Below are positions 44,431-57,274 of a DNA stretch of 64,000 nucleotides, one piece after another. Position 1 is the stretch's first letter; every line of letters begins with the position of its first letter. The translations under genes and the position numbers were made by a program. The notes beneath the pieces were generated by a model, which worked only from the letters and a program-made list of their open reading frames with translations, was not told the origin of the DNA and did no database searches. Source of the stretch: Corallochytrium limacisporum Hawaii (lineage: Eukaryota > Protista > Pluriformea); contig PDIP01000086.1 of assembly GCA_002811645.1 (NCBI GenBank), forward strand, positions 71,221 to 135,220, given 5' to 3'.

Positions 44431-47400
44431 TGGTCCTCGCAGGTTCTACCGAAAGCACCAAACAGCGGGGTGATGGTACCACAAACAGGGAGCTGGCTTT
44501 TCAGAATGCATCCATGTTGCTGCGAACATGTGTCTTCCGGGTCCCTCATGAACACGTCGGGACGAGGGTTCCCAGGCAGGGCTTGTGAACAAGGCGCGGT
44601 AGAAAACGCTGGATTGCACTTTCGCTCACGGCCCCTTGTCACTTCTGATCGAATGCGAAGGGGAGGGGGAGGAGTCAGTCCCCTTTCAATTTATTGATTA
44701 CACACTCACCTTGCACAATCATGAAATAGAATATAAATCTGTAGAATCTAAATCATTAATGGTGGGTAATGCCCCATGGCAGCTGGGAACGGGCAACAAC
44801 GCACAGTTTAGTGATTGGGTGTTTTCGTATGTTATGTTTGTGCGTTTTTCCTAGGGCTCTTTTGTCAAGAGGATTATCCATTAAAGTGCCCTGGTTGTAA
44901 AAGCTTCCGACGAGCGCGCGAGTCATCAGCGCCATGAATGAATTCTTGCCTGCGAAACAACTCGAGAGACATAGATAGCAAGAGATCTACAAAACGGTCC
45001 AGTGACTGTTTGTGCGGCACCTCCTCGCAGACATGTGCAACATGAGTTGCGAAGGTTACAACAGGACTTCCCTCGACGACTCCAAATCATATATTCATAG
45101 CTGTGTTCACTTTACTAGTAAGCAAATACCGCAGGCGCTACGTCCACAGCTACTACGTGTCCCCTACAGGTCCATATCACAGTCCTTTGCAAGCTGTCTA
45201 AGTCCCGGAAGGACTATAACTCCCGTGTGCCTTGCGGTACCGGGCGTGTTGGTGATCCCCCTTGTCTATGGTCGTTGGCCTCCAAAAATCCTGGACTTTT
45301 TGTCCAGAGAGCTAAAGTCAACTGAGGCGACATTTATTCGGTAAGAGTTTCAGACTGATCCGGACATTACGCAACAGCAGACTAGATAAAAGCAGCTCCC
45401 GAAGGTTGTCCTATTTGTCCTGCAAAAGTGGAGCGACACCTCCACGCGTTGTAACACCGTTTCTGCGATATTTTGTCATCTCATATTTCAAGAACTGTAT
45501 CGTCTTTCGTGTAGATTTGTATGTCCATTTTTGATGTATATCTGGTTCCCAAAGAGTTTGATTAGTCCCATTAGGATTGGGATGCCTTTCTCGGGGTCCT
45601 TTGGGACCCTTTTTCCTCCTGGCAGTCAGTTACTCATGTACTCCCCTCCAGGACGATCACATCTAACCTTGTTGTTGCTTTTTTGTTGTCGTCCATCCGA
45701 ACTTTTGGGTCGTCCATGCCATCCACCGTGCGGAGTGCCCGAAACCTTTATTAATGTACGCCCCCATGGTGGCCAGAACACCGGGGCGGAATGACTGCAA
45801 CATTGTCAACATATGTAACGTACGTCCACTCGACGGCGATGTTCCTTGTGGTGAAATTCCTCTTTGGGTGCTTTACCATCGGCAGTTTCTATGTTTGGAG
45901 CGGTAAGCATCGAGGCTCTTGTGAGTCTGTGTGAGACATGTGGTGAACAATGGGTTGCTGTTGAGTAGGTGGGCATTGGTAAGAATCCCCGAAGGAAACA
46001 ATTCGAGCGTCGGCGCGGTCACGATACTACGTGGGTGGGTGAGAGCATTTCACCACAAAGCGCCCACACGCACACTTTTTTTTACGGTACGGCTGTTGGA
46101 AATTGGGTCTCCCTTGTCATTGGGATGATTGTACTGTCTCTATAGTGGCTCGCTGTTGGCAAGGCTAGAATTCAACGAACAACGCGTCTTCGTTAACTGT
46201 AGCAAGTTGCACATTTTTGTCCCTCTGCATTGGCTACTACCGCTTCATTTGATGATCTACCTGCTCTCTTCCCCTTTCTCACTGTCTCTTGTATACTGCT
46301 CTCATCCCCGTTTGCACAACCTGTATGCCAATCGGGCATGGGGCATGGTCCCTTCTCCATACCGGGAACGAAACTATCTTGTCCAACAAGTGCGCAACAT
46401 TCCCACCTATTGTAGGATATTAGGTAGGGTAGGGTTTTCCTCCATGACTTCGCCTACATGCGGGTTTAAACTCCACCTTCCCAAAAGGACCTACGCAGCC
46501 ACAGACAGCACCACCCCCACAGTTCTCTATCCCTCCTCTTCTGCACACACTCTAAGTGTCCCTGGTTGGTGACTGTCCCTACTCCTTCATCTCTGTCTCG
46601 CTCCGTCGTTTAGATGGGCGCGAGCGCATGTTGAGAAACCCTTCAATTTTTTTCTCTCCTTGAGCTCGCAATGGAGACACTCACTGCATTGTTGCACAAT
46701 GCTTACAGCTGAGAACACGTCAGACCTCGTTACGACACCCGCCACATCGGGATCCAAAGGGCGGCGAGGGAAGGCAGAAACAAAATATTGAAGATTGACT
46801 CGTGACTTCGGGAAAACCCGAAGAGAAAAAAAATAACCAGGCCCAGTTGTAAAAATGGAAGGCTTTAAACATACCGCTGAAAACAAGGTACAGAGAAAGG
46901 AGGAGTAAGGGCATAGGCTGACGCATACATATACTACCACGTATACAGTACTTCATTGACAAAAGGATGTTTGTTCCTGGCAGTGGCACCCAAGGGTGGC
47001 ATTCTTTCAGTGGAAAATGGACCAAGGGCTTGGGTGGGAGGGAGGCGGGCTTGGGAAATGAGCGAGGGAGAGAGAGAGGGAGAGAGGGAGGGAGAGAGGG
47101 AGAGAGGGAGAGAGGGAGCGAGGCCCGGAGGGGGGAGAGGCCTTGCAAGCATTAAAGCCTCTCTTCCCTCTTCACCTGGGTACCTCTCTTTCCCAGTACT
47201 AATTGCCCCGGCCCTTGTTTCACATGACTCTTGGCACCTCCCCTTCCCGGGGGGGGGGCAGGGCCAGTCCTTTCGGAAAGGGCAAAAATGGGGGGGGACG
47301 GTGTGCTAGAGGTATTCTTGTTCTTTTTTTTTTGTGTTTCATACCCAGTGTATAAGGGGGCATAAGCACCCGCTGTCGATTTTTTACAAGCTGAAAAATA

Positions 47401-47880
47401 TTTCTTGGGAAAGTTCAACGCTCCCCTTTGCGGTACTCAGTTCCCCCCGGAAACGACATATCATATTTCCATTTTGCCGAAATTGTGCCCATCGACGTGT
47501 ACCTTACCTTATTGTGTGCATAGAAAACATCAACGCTTCATCATGCGGTCATGCGTGATGGGCTGAAACTCTTGCTTTCCCCAGCCCCCGCGGGGGAGGG
47601 GGGACGCAGAATGGGGAGGGGGGGGGAAGAAGAAGTACCGGTGAAAGGCAGAGGAACCCCAAGAGTTTCTTGAGGGAAAAAAAATAGAGCGGGCAATGGT
47701 GGTGGTCCAGTGGTAGCGAATTGAATCTTTCTCCATTCGGAAGCCACGAGACCAGGGGCAACCCTGGAGAATAAACCTCTCTACCACGTCTGCGTGCACC
47801 CGTTCCGCGACCAGTTAGTTACAACCAAACACCGCCAGCAACTTTTTTCTTTTGGTTTGCTGTGAAGGGGAGAGAAATGG

Positions 47881-48069
47881 NNNNNNNNNNNNNNNNNNNN
47901 NNNNNNNNNNNNNNNNNNNNNNNNNNNNNNNNNNNNNNNNNNNNNNNNNNNNNNNNNNNNNNNNNNNNNNNNNNNNNNNNNNNNNNNNNNNNNNNNNNNN
48001 NNNNNNNNNNNNNNNNNNNNNNNNNNNNNNNNNNNNNNNNNNNNNNNNNNNNNNNNNNNNNNNNNNNNN
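47881..48069. other. Assembly gap (N run)
   Basis: 189 N flanked by G/A-rich low-complexity DNA. Confidence 1.
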
Positions 48070-50028
48070 AGGGGGGGAGGGGGGGGAAGGGGGAGAGGAA
48101 AGTGACCAAAGAGCGCGGGAAGAGACGACACAGGGAGACAGCCGCAGCAAGCAGCAGCAGCTACCCCTCTCCTCGCTGGGAGAGGAGGTGGCAGCGGGAG
48201 AAGTACAGCGTAGCCAGGAGGCAAAAAGAAGAGAGAAACTAAAAAAAGAAACAAACGAAGCGACGAGAGCTAATTTTTGCCGCATCGGAGTCAGCGGCGT
48301 CGCACCAGAGCTTCGAAGATGGCTGAGGGGGTACGCAATGAAAATGAACAAGCCCTTGAAGACGAAGGAAGCAACCCGCCATCAAACATATAAGAAAACT
48401 ACTTGGAAGTGGTGGTCTCATTCAACCTGAGTGGCTGCGGACTATTGACTATATATGCTTGTATGTTGGTGCTGATCTAGATCGCGTTGACGCAAACATC
48501 TTCAACGAGAAGCGGATGAACCTTAAAATCCGCCCAGACTAGGAATGTATCATTCATAGTAGCACCTTGTCTTGTGCCATTTCATTAATTGTGCCGAGGA
48601 GGGTAATTATGGTCCGGGTCGGCCTCCCCCTCCCCCTCCCCCCCCCCCCCCCCCCCCCCCGGGGGGGACCTTGCTACTACCACTGCTCTACCACTACTCT
48701 GAACTGCACACCTTCCATTCCCCTCGGGGGGGGGCTCTCTCTCGCTCATCGGGGAAGAGAGAGAGAGCGAAGGAAAGGAGGGAGGGGGGAGGGGGGGGGA
48801 GGAGAGTGAGTGAGAGTTCCCTTTCTCTGCGCTCCCGCGAGACTTTCCGCCGGGCCGTTCCAGAGAGGAGCGAGGGGAGATAGATCTACACTTGGACATA
48901 TACTTAATCTATGGGAGCCCTGCAAAATTAGATGTCGGATCTGGGGAAGAGAAAAATTCACTCGTCGATCGCCAGGAAATGGCGATGATGTGTGGGGAGT
49001 TTGCGTATATTTTTTTTTGTGGAAACGGTGGAGCCAAAAAATTTCTCAAGAGGCACGCAACAGCTGGCCTCGATTTTGCAAAATTTGACAGCAATGGATC
49101 TGCACAGTTCCGGGTCGTCCGCAGTATTTTGGGCCCAATTTGCCCCCCTTTCAGTAGTGGAAGTACCGAGTGTTACCACTACCTTACCCCACCGTAGGCT
49201 CAAGCCACCACCTCCTCACCCTTTCTTCAGGGCCTCTGACAACGCGCTGGGAAGCTTCCCATAGTGAATGATTAGCCATTCGTGCTGCAGCCCCCGCGGG
49301 CCATACTGAGTGACCAGGAACCCTCATATTTAACCCTAGTACACATAGCCCAGGGCCGGAGGATTGTTCAAAAATGATTAGCTGAATCTGATTTTGCGGG
49401 GAGGCGCACGGGAGCGAGAGCGAGAGACAGAGAGAGAGAGAGAGTAGAGAGGAAAAAAGAGCGTAAGCGAACGGAGGGGATGAGGTGGGGAAGGGGAAGG
49501 GGGAGAGGGGGAGAAGGAGGAAGAGCGAAAGAGGAGAGAAGAGAGGAGAAGCAGGGAAAACTTTCTCCAGGCCCCCCCCCCGGCGAGGCTCCCCCTTCCT
49601 TTTCCTCTCTCGCTCCTCCCTCTCCTCCCCCCCCCACCAACCACCCGCTGCGCTGCCCCACCTTACCCTTTCTCCCCTGCCCTTCCCCGCCAGGCTCACC
49701 ACCAAGAGAACGACGGTGGACAAATAGGGGGTACGACGGACGTTTTGTGGTGCGGTGCGGCCTTTCTCATCTCACACACAAGCCCATTCGGCCTTCAACA
49801 AGTGACAGCAATTAGAATGGGGCTTATTCAAAGGTATGAGAGATTTGTGGTTCCAAAATAGCACAATCTATTTAAGAGTGTTCATAGCAAAAGAATTCTA
49901 GAACATTATCTGTCTTACATTTGCGCCGCGAAAACGTATTTTTAGACCCGAATATTGCGAATAACATATTGAACGTTGATGAATTTCCCGTAATTCATAT
50001 TTGATAACTTATAGAATCGTCCGTGAAA

Positions 50029-51192
50029 ATGATCGGCGCGGTTTCAACCCCGACAAATAGCCCGGTCGAAGACTTGGACCCCCACGCACGCACCTGGAAG
50101 CATTGCACTTTTCGCGGATGGGTCCGCGACCAGCAGACTGCACAGGCAGTTTTTGATTTTGTACGCAAACACAATGTTCGCTTGGTTCGGAAACGTCCCC
50201 GTCACGATGGCCGCCTCTTCAACCCTGGTGATGGATTCATCTTTGACACACAGACCAGCGGCACCCGTCGTTGGACCGATGGCTTCAAATGGAGCGACAG
50301 TCTGCATCCAGGAGGCGGCCTCATGCTGTACAAAGAGCAAACGGTTCTGGTTGATGTGAACACGAATCGTAGCACACGTGTTGAGAAAGTCAATGGCATG
50401 CAGAAGTACGCCATTTCTGAACCCAACGGTTCTCTCCGCCTCGTCAACTATGTCGATCCTTACTATGTCGCCAACATGGTCAGCCGTAACATTGTATTCG
50501 TCTGCACCGACGTGATGAACCAGACCCAGTATTTTTCTCTGGACCCCATAACTGGCGCTGTGGAGGAAGTCTCCGCCGAGGAAGCAACTCGTCTCACCTC
50601 GTCCAAAGAGGAGCCTACCGTGCCCAAGTATCCGGTCTTCGGCGACAGCTTCGTAGGAAACTGCGAGCAAGTCCCCATGCTCATGCCCACTTCCCAGATT
50701 CCCCTGGGTCTACATACTGATGCACTTTCTGGCAAGGCCACTGCAAGTCCCTACAGTTACTGTGAGATTTTCAGTGAGCCGAGCACGATGTCTCCAAGCC
50801 CCGACACCTACAACCGCGCAGATATCTACAATCGTTCGGTTGTTGGACGGAGCTCATCACAACAACCTGCACACGCTGTACACACTAGATACATGCAGAC
50901 GCCCATGGTTGCCCCTCAGCAGCTGCAGCTGCAGCAGCAACCACAGCTTCAGCAACAACAGCATCACCAGCAACAACAACAACAGCAGCAGCAACAGCAC
51001 TTCTATGCGCAGCAGCAGCAACCACAGCAGTACGGTGCCTACAGTCAGATGCCCATTAGCATGCAGCAGCCTGTGGGACAATATAACATGGCGTACATGA
51101 GTGGCCAGCACGACTACATGAACTCACAGGAACAGAGCCAGCTGGATCAGTTTGGTCACCCCGCTGTGTCTTCCCATATGCACTCGCGGTGA
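50029..51192 (+). CDS. Gti1/Pac2 (WOPR) family transcription factor with poly-Q tail
   Basis: WOPRa TFRGWVRD..A..VF..LVRKRP..GFIFD..SGTRRWTDGFKWSDS..LMLYKE, WOPRb GMQKYAIS..LRLVNYV, and a CAG/CAA poly-Q at ~50917-51030. Confidence 0.9.
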   Translation: MIGAVSTPTNSPVEDLDPHARTWKHCTFRGWVRDQQTAQAVFDFVRKHNVRLVRKRPRHDGRLFNPGDGFIFDTQTSGTRRWTDGFKWSDSLHPGGGLMLYKEQTVLVDVNTNRSTRVEKVNGMQKYAISEPNGSLRLVNYVDPYYVANMVSRNIVFVCTDVMNQTQYFSLDPITGAVEEVSAEEATRLTSSKEEPTVPKYPVFGDSFVGNCEQVPMLMPTSQIPLGLHTDALSGKATASPYSYCEIFSEPSTMSPSPDTYNRADIYNRSVVGRSSSQQPAHAVHTRYMQTPMVAPQQLQLQQQPQLQQQQHHQQQQQQQQQQHFYAQQQQPQQYGAYSQMPISMQQPVGQYNMAYMSGQHDYMNSQEQSQLDQFGHPAVSSHMHSR

Positions 51193-54100
51193 GCTACCAA
51201 GTTTATTCTAACAAACACAAACTCTTGACTTCCGCCGTCTGTTCCATAGTTCCAAGATGCCATCCCTGAATCACTTTCCCTTCCCCGGAGACCATATGCC
51301 ACTTGCACCGGAACTAACTCCCATCTCAATTCCCAATTCAAAGTCTTGGTATTCTGATCCGGTCGCTTGATGAGCCCCACAAATGAGCACATTTTCCTTC
51401 CAGTTTGACATACATCATCATTACATAATAGATATCCATAAGGTCCATCAATCCAATTGACTTTGCAATAGAAAGCTTAGGCACCGTATCGAGTTTTCAC
51501 GCGAGATTTTCCATAGCATGCCGCTTGCCAATGATTGGCCTTATATGAACAGTCTGCCGCTGAGGATGGAGACGGACAAGACTTGATAAGCATCAACTCT
51601 TTCTAAGGGAGAGAGAACGGTGGCTGTGCGCCGTTGACTCGCTAGTTGTTCGGGTAAGGGAACCGATCGTAGCCCTTTCACACCCAATACTTGACAGTAA
51701 TACCGGCAAAAGTATTAGTGGCCCATACCGAATGTCATACCGTAACCCACGGATGGGTCGGAACGAAAACCAGGACAAAAATCCCCGTCGCGGTGTGCTG
51801 CGCTTGCCCACCCCTCATGACGCTTTTCTGTCCAGTGCCGTTGCAATATTCGGCAAAGGTATACGTTCTACCTTTATCCGATCCGTCCAGGTGGACGATA
51901 CCTTGAATGCAGGGCAGGGCAAGACTTGTTATAGTAGACGGAGATATCCATCTCTTTTGCTCCACCCAGCACCGGCAAGGCCAGCAGCAGATGGGGTACG
52001 GCTGCGCATCTAAGGTACAAGGAAGAAAAATGTGCCCTCTCAGCTGGTTATTTCTTTACCCAGACTAACACCCCCCAATTACCCCCCGCCCTTGATACTG
52101 TATGTTACAATCGTGTTGACTGCGCTGTGAACTGATTCTCACATACTGCACAATAAATAGTAAAAAAAACTTCTTGGCATGTCGAAACGATACCTCGATG
52201 CACTGGAAAGACGGTGCCTAAAGCCGATCACCTACACCTGTCGGGGATGAACCAATTGCAGTGTACATGCGCTTGGGCTTCTCCACACCAACCATGTCCA
52301 TCGGCCCTTTCTCACATTTTTGTGTCCGCTCTCCTGGTCATTTTCTTGTTTATTTTGGTTGCGCCTGTTCGCCTCTTCGGGACGGTTGCCCGTTCCGCAT
52401 CAAATTTGGATGTGCGGTAGTGTCACTGGTCTGGCAAAGAAAGGTAGGTTGAACCAGGTTGCACCCAAAGGAGAAAAAAAGCGAACGCAGAAAGCACCTT
52501 CTTTTTTACCGCAGGGAAGGACTACGAAAATCTGACTCCCACATACCCGCATAGCCAATAGTTTTACCTGGGAAAACTAAGGGGTAAGGGAGAATAAGGG
52601 GCATAACAGACCTTAACAACCTCTCGGAAAGGAATCTTCCTGTTGAGGATCGGAGGCTGACCCACAGGAAAATTGCAGTTTCAAGACAACAACCAGCAAG
52701 AACACTTGGAGAAATATGACCCGAAAAACCTTAACAGTGGCAATCGGTTCTTGGGCCCTGACCTTCTCTTCCCGCTTTTCGTCCTTGCAATTCGAGGCAA
52801 TTTCTCCAGATGAAGAAAAAAAAAAGGTGGGCGATGATGAAGCCCGTACGGAATACCTTCACGACGGTGGGCCACCACTGCACTGCAGTCCACTGACTCC
52901 CGATGTGTTTTATCAGTCACAACTGCAGCTCTTCTCCCGTAACATAACCGGGGCTGTGTCAAGGGGCTAACGGTTGCCGACTTCTCTAAACCGCTCTATC
53001 ACCGCGGTGCGGAGGTTTAGGCCAACACACCGGAGTGTCTGAGTTAGTCTAGGTACTAGAAAGTGAAAACTTGATGGGAGGGGATGATTTCCGTGGCTTC
53101 ATTTACTTTGCTGACTATGGGTCCATAAATGAGAATTCTGCAGAGCAGCTTACGCAGTACCATGGCCGCATGTTTCTTTTCCCGGATCAAGGGATGTCCG
53201 TCTCAAACGCTTGCGCAGAAGGATTCTAAGCTTGGGTACATTGAGACACAATCAGCAATGGCTCTTTGAACGGGCGGAACGATTCGCTCCGCAAAACATG
53301 TGCAACGACGAAGTGGATGACTGAAAACACTTCCACACCTCGCACTTCCTTCTTCCTTCCCATGTGGCAGTGTCCTAAGTTGAAGACGGCCAGTTCCGAT
53401 CGGTGGTACCGTATGAATGGCCAAAGCTGCTCGAGGTAATGAAGAAAAAACGAAAAAAAAACTGTGCGATCACACGAGCAGACTTTCAAGATGTGCTGAA
53501 ACACCAAAAGGGCTCACAAGAAGACGAAGACAAGATGCGAATAATGACCAAGACGTGCACAGCAGAAAGTACACAAGGAACAGACGTAGATGATATGCTC
53601 AGGTACTTATGTCTGAAAATGTCCAAACCCCCCCCCCCACACACACACACTCTCTCTCACTCACATAATTCACCAAGAGCAGGAGCACCAAGGAAAATCT
53701 ATAACTCAGGTGATCAGATTGCATTAGGGTTCATCATCCGCCGCAGAATGGACGTACCCAGCCTCCACACCCTCACATACTGTGATTTTCCTGCATCGAA
53801 CGGGCTTCTATATTGTTCCCAAGTAGACCGCAACTCATCACGAATACCGATGTTCCTCCTTTTGTTGCTTGCCCTGCCTCTTTGTTTGTGTGGATTTCAT
53901 TCTTTGTTGAATGGCGTTCCTTGTCTTTCTGTCCCACTATTAAAGATGTATGGCCATGTGCGTCGTTGTCTGCACAGCAGCTGTATGCATTTGGAATCCA
54001 TGTGTACCTTTCTGACCTAGTTTTCTGTGATGGCGGATTATTCAGGGTTGTTCCTTTCGTGGGTTCAGGTGCACCCTCTGATGGACTGGCCCGCAAGGGG

Positions 54101-55696
54101 ATTGGCTTTGGGTGCTCCGCAGATATGAATACGGAAGCCCCCCAACCATAAAGCGTTATGAAGTGACCGTGAACAAAAAATCGTCATCCTGGAAGCGCAG
54201 CCAAGGTAACACGAATCACGAAAAGTGTGCTATTCCGCTCTCTAAATGGTGTGTGTTTTGAGCGGGAAATTTGCGAACCCACTGCCAGAAAGTCACCGCG
54301 AGGGCACGGCTCCTGCGTAGCGGTAATGCGGGCTTGGGGCAGTCCAGCCCTGGCCTTCCATATTTCCTCTTTGCATGTTGGCTCCTCGGATTGTGGAACA
54401 CTACCATCGCCAATCTGAAGGGGCAGTAGCAGCCCGGGTTCAATCAATACTCAACGCATAGACACCAATTGATTTCGCTGCTATGGTGCACTGGAGCTTG
54501 GACTTCTGCGCTATCCGACTTAAGAAATGGCATACAAAACTTCCTCTTCTGCTCCCGAGTTTTTGCCATGTTTTCCAGCATTTCTTGTCTTCCCGACCTC
54601 ATCGATCCTTCCATCGGCTTCTGAGCGATTGCCTCTAACCATCCCCCTACCGCAGAGCGCTCCCGCGGTGAATAAAAGATACGGAACGAACAGACATTCA
54701 ACAACGACAAAGTAGACAAGGAAGAACACATAGATAGGAGGCATACCCATGGGGGAGGAAGCTACAGCGGAAGATTGACCAATGTCAGGGCTGAGAGTGG
54801 ATGATACAGAATGAAATTGACATCTTTCTTGGCATGCGCGGAATGAGTGTATCGGGTATTACCCGGTGCTGCAAAGTAATCAGCTCTCTTATTTCGTACC
54901 AACTCGATAACGCCTTCTATCGATCTTCAAGAGTCACTTGGAGGACACTGGCGTGAAAGGAGACTGTTTCTGTCTCGTCCCTCCATCAAGAAGGCTGTAC
55001 CCGATTGGGAGTCGTCGCGTCGCTTTCACCTTGTTTCCAAGATGTTCGACACGCTGTAAACGTGTGGCGGTTTTGTGATATGCTTTGCCCCGTCATCGCT
55101 TCCAAGCCCCCTTTCCGTGCGAATTCCCCTATTTCCCTTACTCACATACCATGGCGGATACATGGCAGAGAGTCATGTATTAGCCTTCCGTTTCCAATAG
55201 GATGCAGCTGCAGCTGAACAAAGCCGCTTGAGACAACCACATCACCGAGCAGAATGCTCACAGATGCCTTATCGTATCTGAGCGCGTCAGCTATATGCAT
55301 ATGCGCACGTTTGGGGGGTTGCAGGTGTGTGTTGTTTGCGATGTGATGACCAAGAGCAAGACGACCTACATTGCGGTGCGCCGTGATCGCTGACTTTGCA
55401 GAGGTCAAAATTAATTATACGGATTATTATATTTTTAAGATATTTTCCTTTGTCCTGGAAAAGCAATCAAATATATGGAATCATATTAATCAATGATTAT
55501 TTCCTGGGGAATGTTGATAAAAGATATACTGGAAATCAATAATTTCTTTCCTTGCAGGTCCTCTCCCTCCCCACTATTATCCGCTTCGGAAGCGCCTTGG
55601 TAACAAAACCCGACACACACGCACCCCATCGGGTTAGCCTTCGTTTGTCCCTCCGCTTTCTGCGTGCACACCTCCCGAGCCCCCCCTCCCCCCTCT

Positions 55697-56920
55697 GAGA
55701 AAGAGAGACAGAAATTGCCAGCGTCTACGGGGGGCGAGGATTCCGGACCATACGAAGCCACCGTCAAGAAGGTTGAACGGCAGATCCAGGAAACAAACGC
55801 TGAAGCCGCGTCTCTGGAATCATATTGGCTGTGCATGCAAGGACACATGGTAGCCGTCACGGAAGAACAGAGCAAGAAGCAGGCCGAGATAAATGAACTC
55901 AAAAAACAGATCACGGTCCTCCGGCAGCGCCGTCTGAGACTGCAGAACAAGACTGAGGAGGAGAACGTGGAGCTCAAATCCGTGAACCGAGCTGTCGAGT
56001 CCCCCCACAGTGACAAAATCAAGCTCAACTCTGAGATTCACCGGCGCACAGGCCGCCGTGTTGATCTGTTTAGGAGAATCTGCTGCTGGAGAACGAGGGT
56101 TGTCAGCCGCCTGAAGGAAGCTGAGGTGGACTGTATTCGATTGGAGCAAATAATTGACAGCGTGCTCGACAAACGGAAACTCTGAGCTCATTGATCGAGT
56201 TCGAGCATCAGATGATGCTCTGGGAGAAGAAGATACAAGAAGATACAGTTGATGAAAGAGACAGCAGCAGCCATTGACCCTGAAGCTGGGAGTAACGACG
56301 TCAAAGCCATGGAGAAGGAGATCCATCGGATGAGGATCCGCGGTGCCCAGTTCGCAAAGCTACAGGAGTCTCTTATCCACGAGGTGGAACAGGCAGTCAC
56401 CCGACGTGCACCTATCGCAGTGAAGGGTCAGAGTCACAACAACACCTCCGAATTGACCCAGGCTCAGCTACAGAAGAAAGTGCTGGAGATCAACCGGAAG
56501 CTCAAACAGGCACTTAGTGATGCTGGTACCTGTGATCGCGACATTCGGGAGCTGCTAGAGGTGCAGACCCAGATCAACGCCCGCATTCAGGAAACTGCCG
56601 AGAGCTGTCGCCAACTGGATGACATGAGCGACATTGTGGATGAAGGAGTTGCAGCACTGTGGTCTCAAAAGGCCGTTTAGTTGGATCGGTTGTCATATCT
56701 GCAACGTAATGTCAAACGATACCAGGCCTGGCGTGACCAGAAGTATATTCCCGCCTGCAAGACGGAAGAGGCCTTGCAGAATGCCATGCAAAAGTACGGC
56801 AGTCAGCGCACCGCCCTGCAGCAGGTCGTCGAGGCACTCTACAATCAAGACAAGGAAAAGGAGGAAGAGCTTCGCCCTGTGAGCATCATGTTTTCTATGG
56901 AACACATCGAATCTCTATGA
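55697..56920 (+). pseudogene. CCDC40: CCDC40 (axonemal 96-nm ruler) pseudogene, C-terminal part only
   Basis: GGEDSGPYEATV..YWLCMQGHMV..RLRLQNK / ENLLLENE / VSRLKEAE / LIEFEHQMMLWEKKIQ / DPEAG..VKAMEKEIHRMRIR..EQAVTRR match CCDC40. Lesions: paired frameshifts with TAG at 56071, a frameshift at ~56185, a 10-bp duplication at 56227-56246, and an in-frame TAG at 56678. Confidence 0.9.
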
Positions 56921-57274
56921 ATCAAATGAGACGTAGAGAAAGGCCCACCCTACCAACCTCGGCGCACAACCTCGGCGCACAGGGGAATGTTTGCAAGGAC
57001 GATTTCCCATCTTAGAGTATATTGCAGTCCAAGAACACTCAACAACTTGGGTATTGCCCCCCTTCCCCCCGGGGGGGGGGGGGGGGGCAGCGACAGAAAG
57101 AGTGACCACCCCCGAAGCTCGCAATACGTCACCAGTAAACACTGGAAACAATGTTTGCAGCGGGCATCATCATGGTATACAAGCGTAGTATTTGAGCTAT
57201 CAAATGAATTTATTTTGAACTCCATCTTTCTCACAACGGAACGATGAGCTTCGGACCATATCCATAAAGCCAAT

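Noticed and set aside
41875-49815. Numerous P/G/L-rich ORFs, including ones spanning N gaps
   Set aside because: These are low-complexity or gap artefacts with no domain signal.
14350-56680. Stop-codon reassignment (TAA/TAG read as sense) to explain in-frame stops
   Set aside because: Intact genes terminate with TAA, TAG and TGA and have no internal stops, and frameshifts co-occur in the same broken genes.
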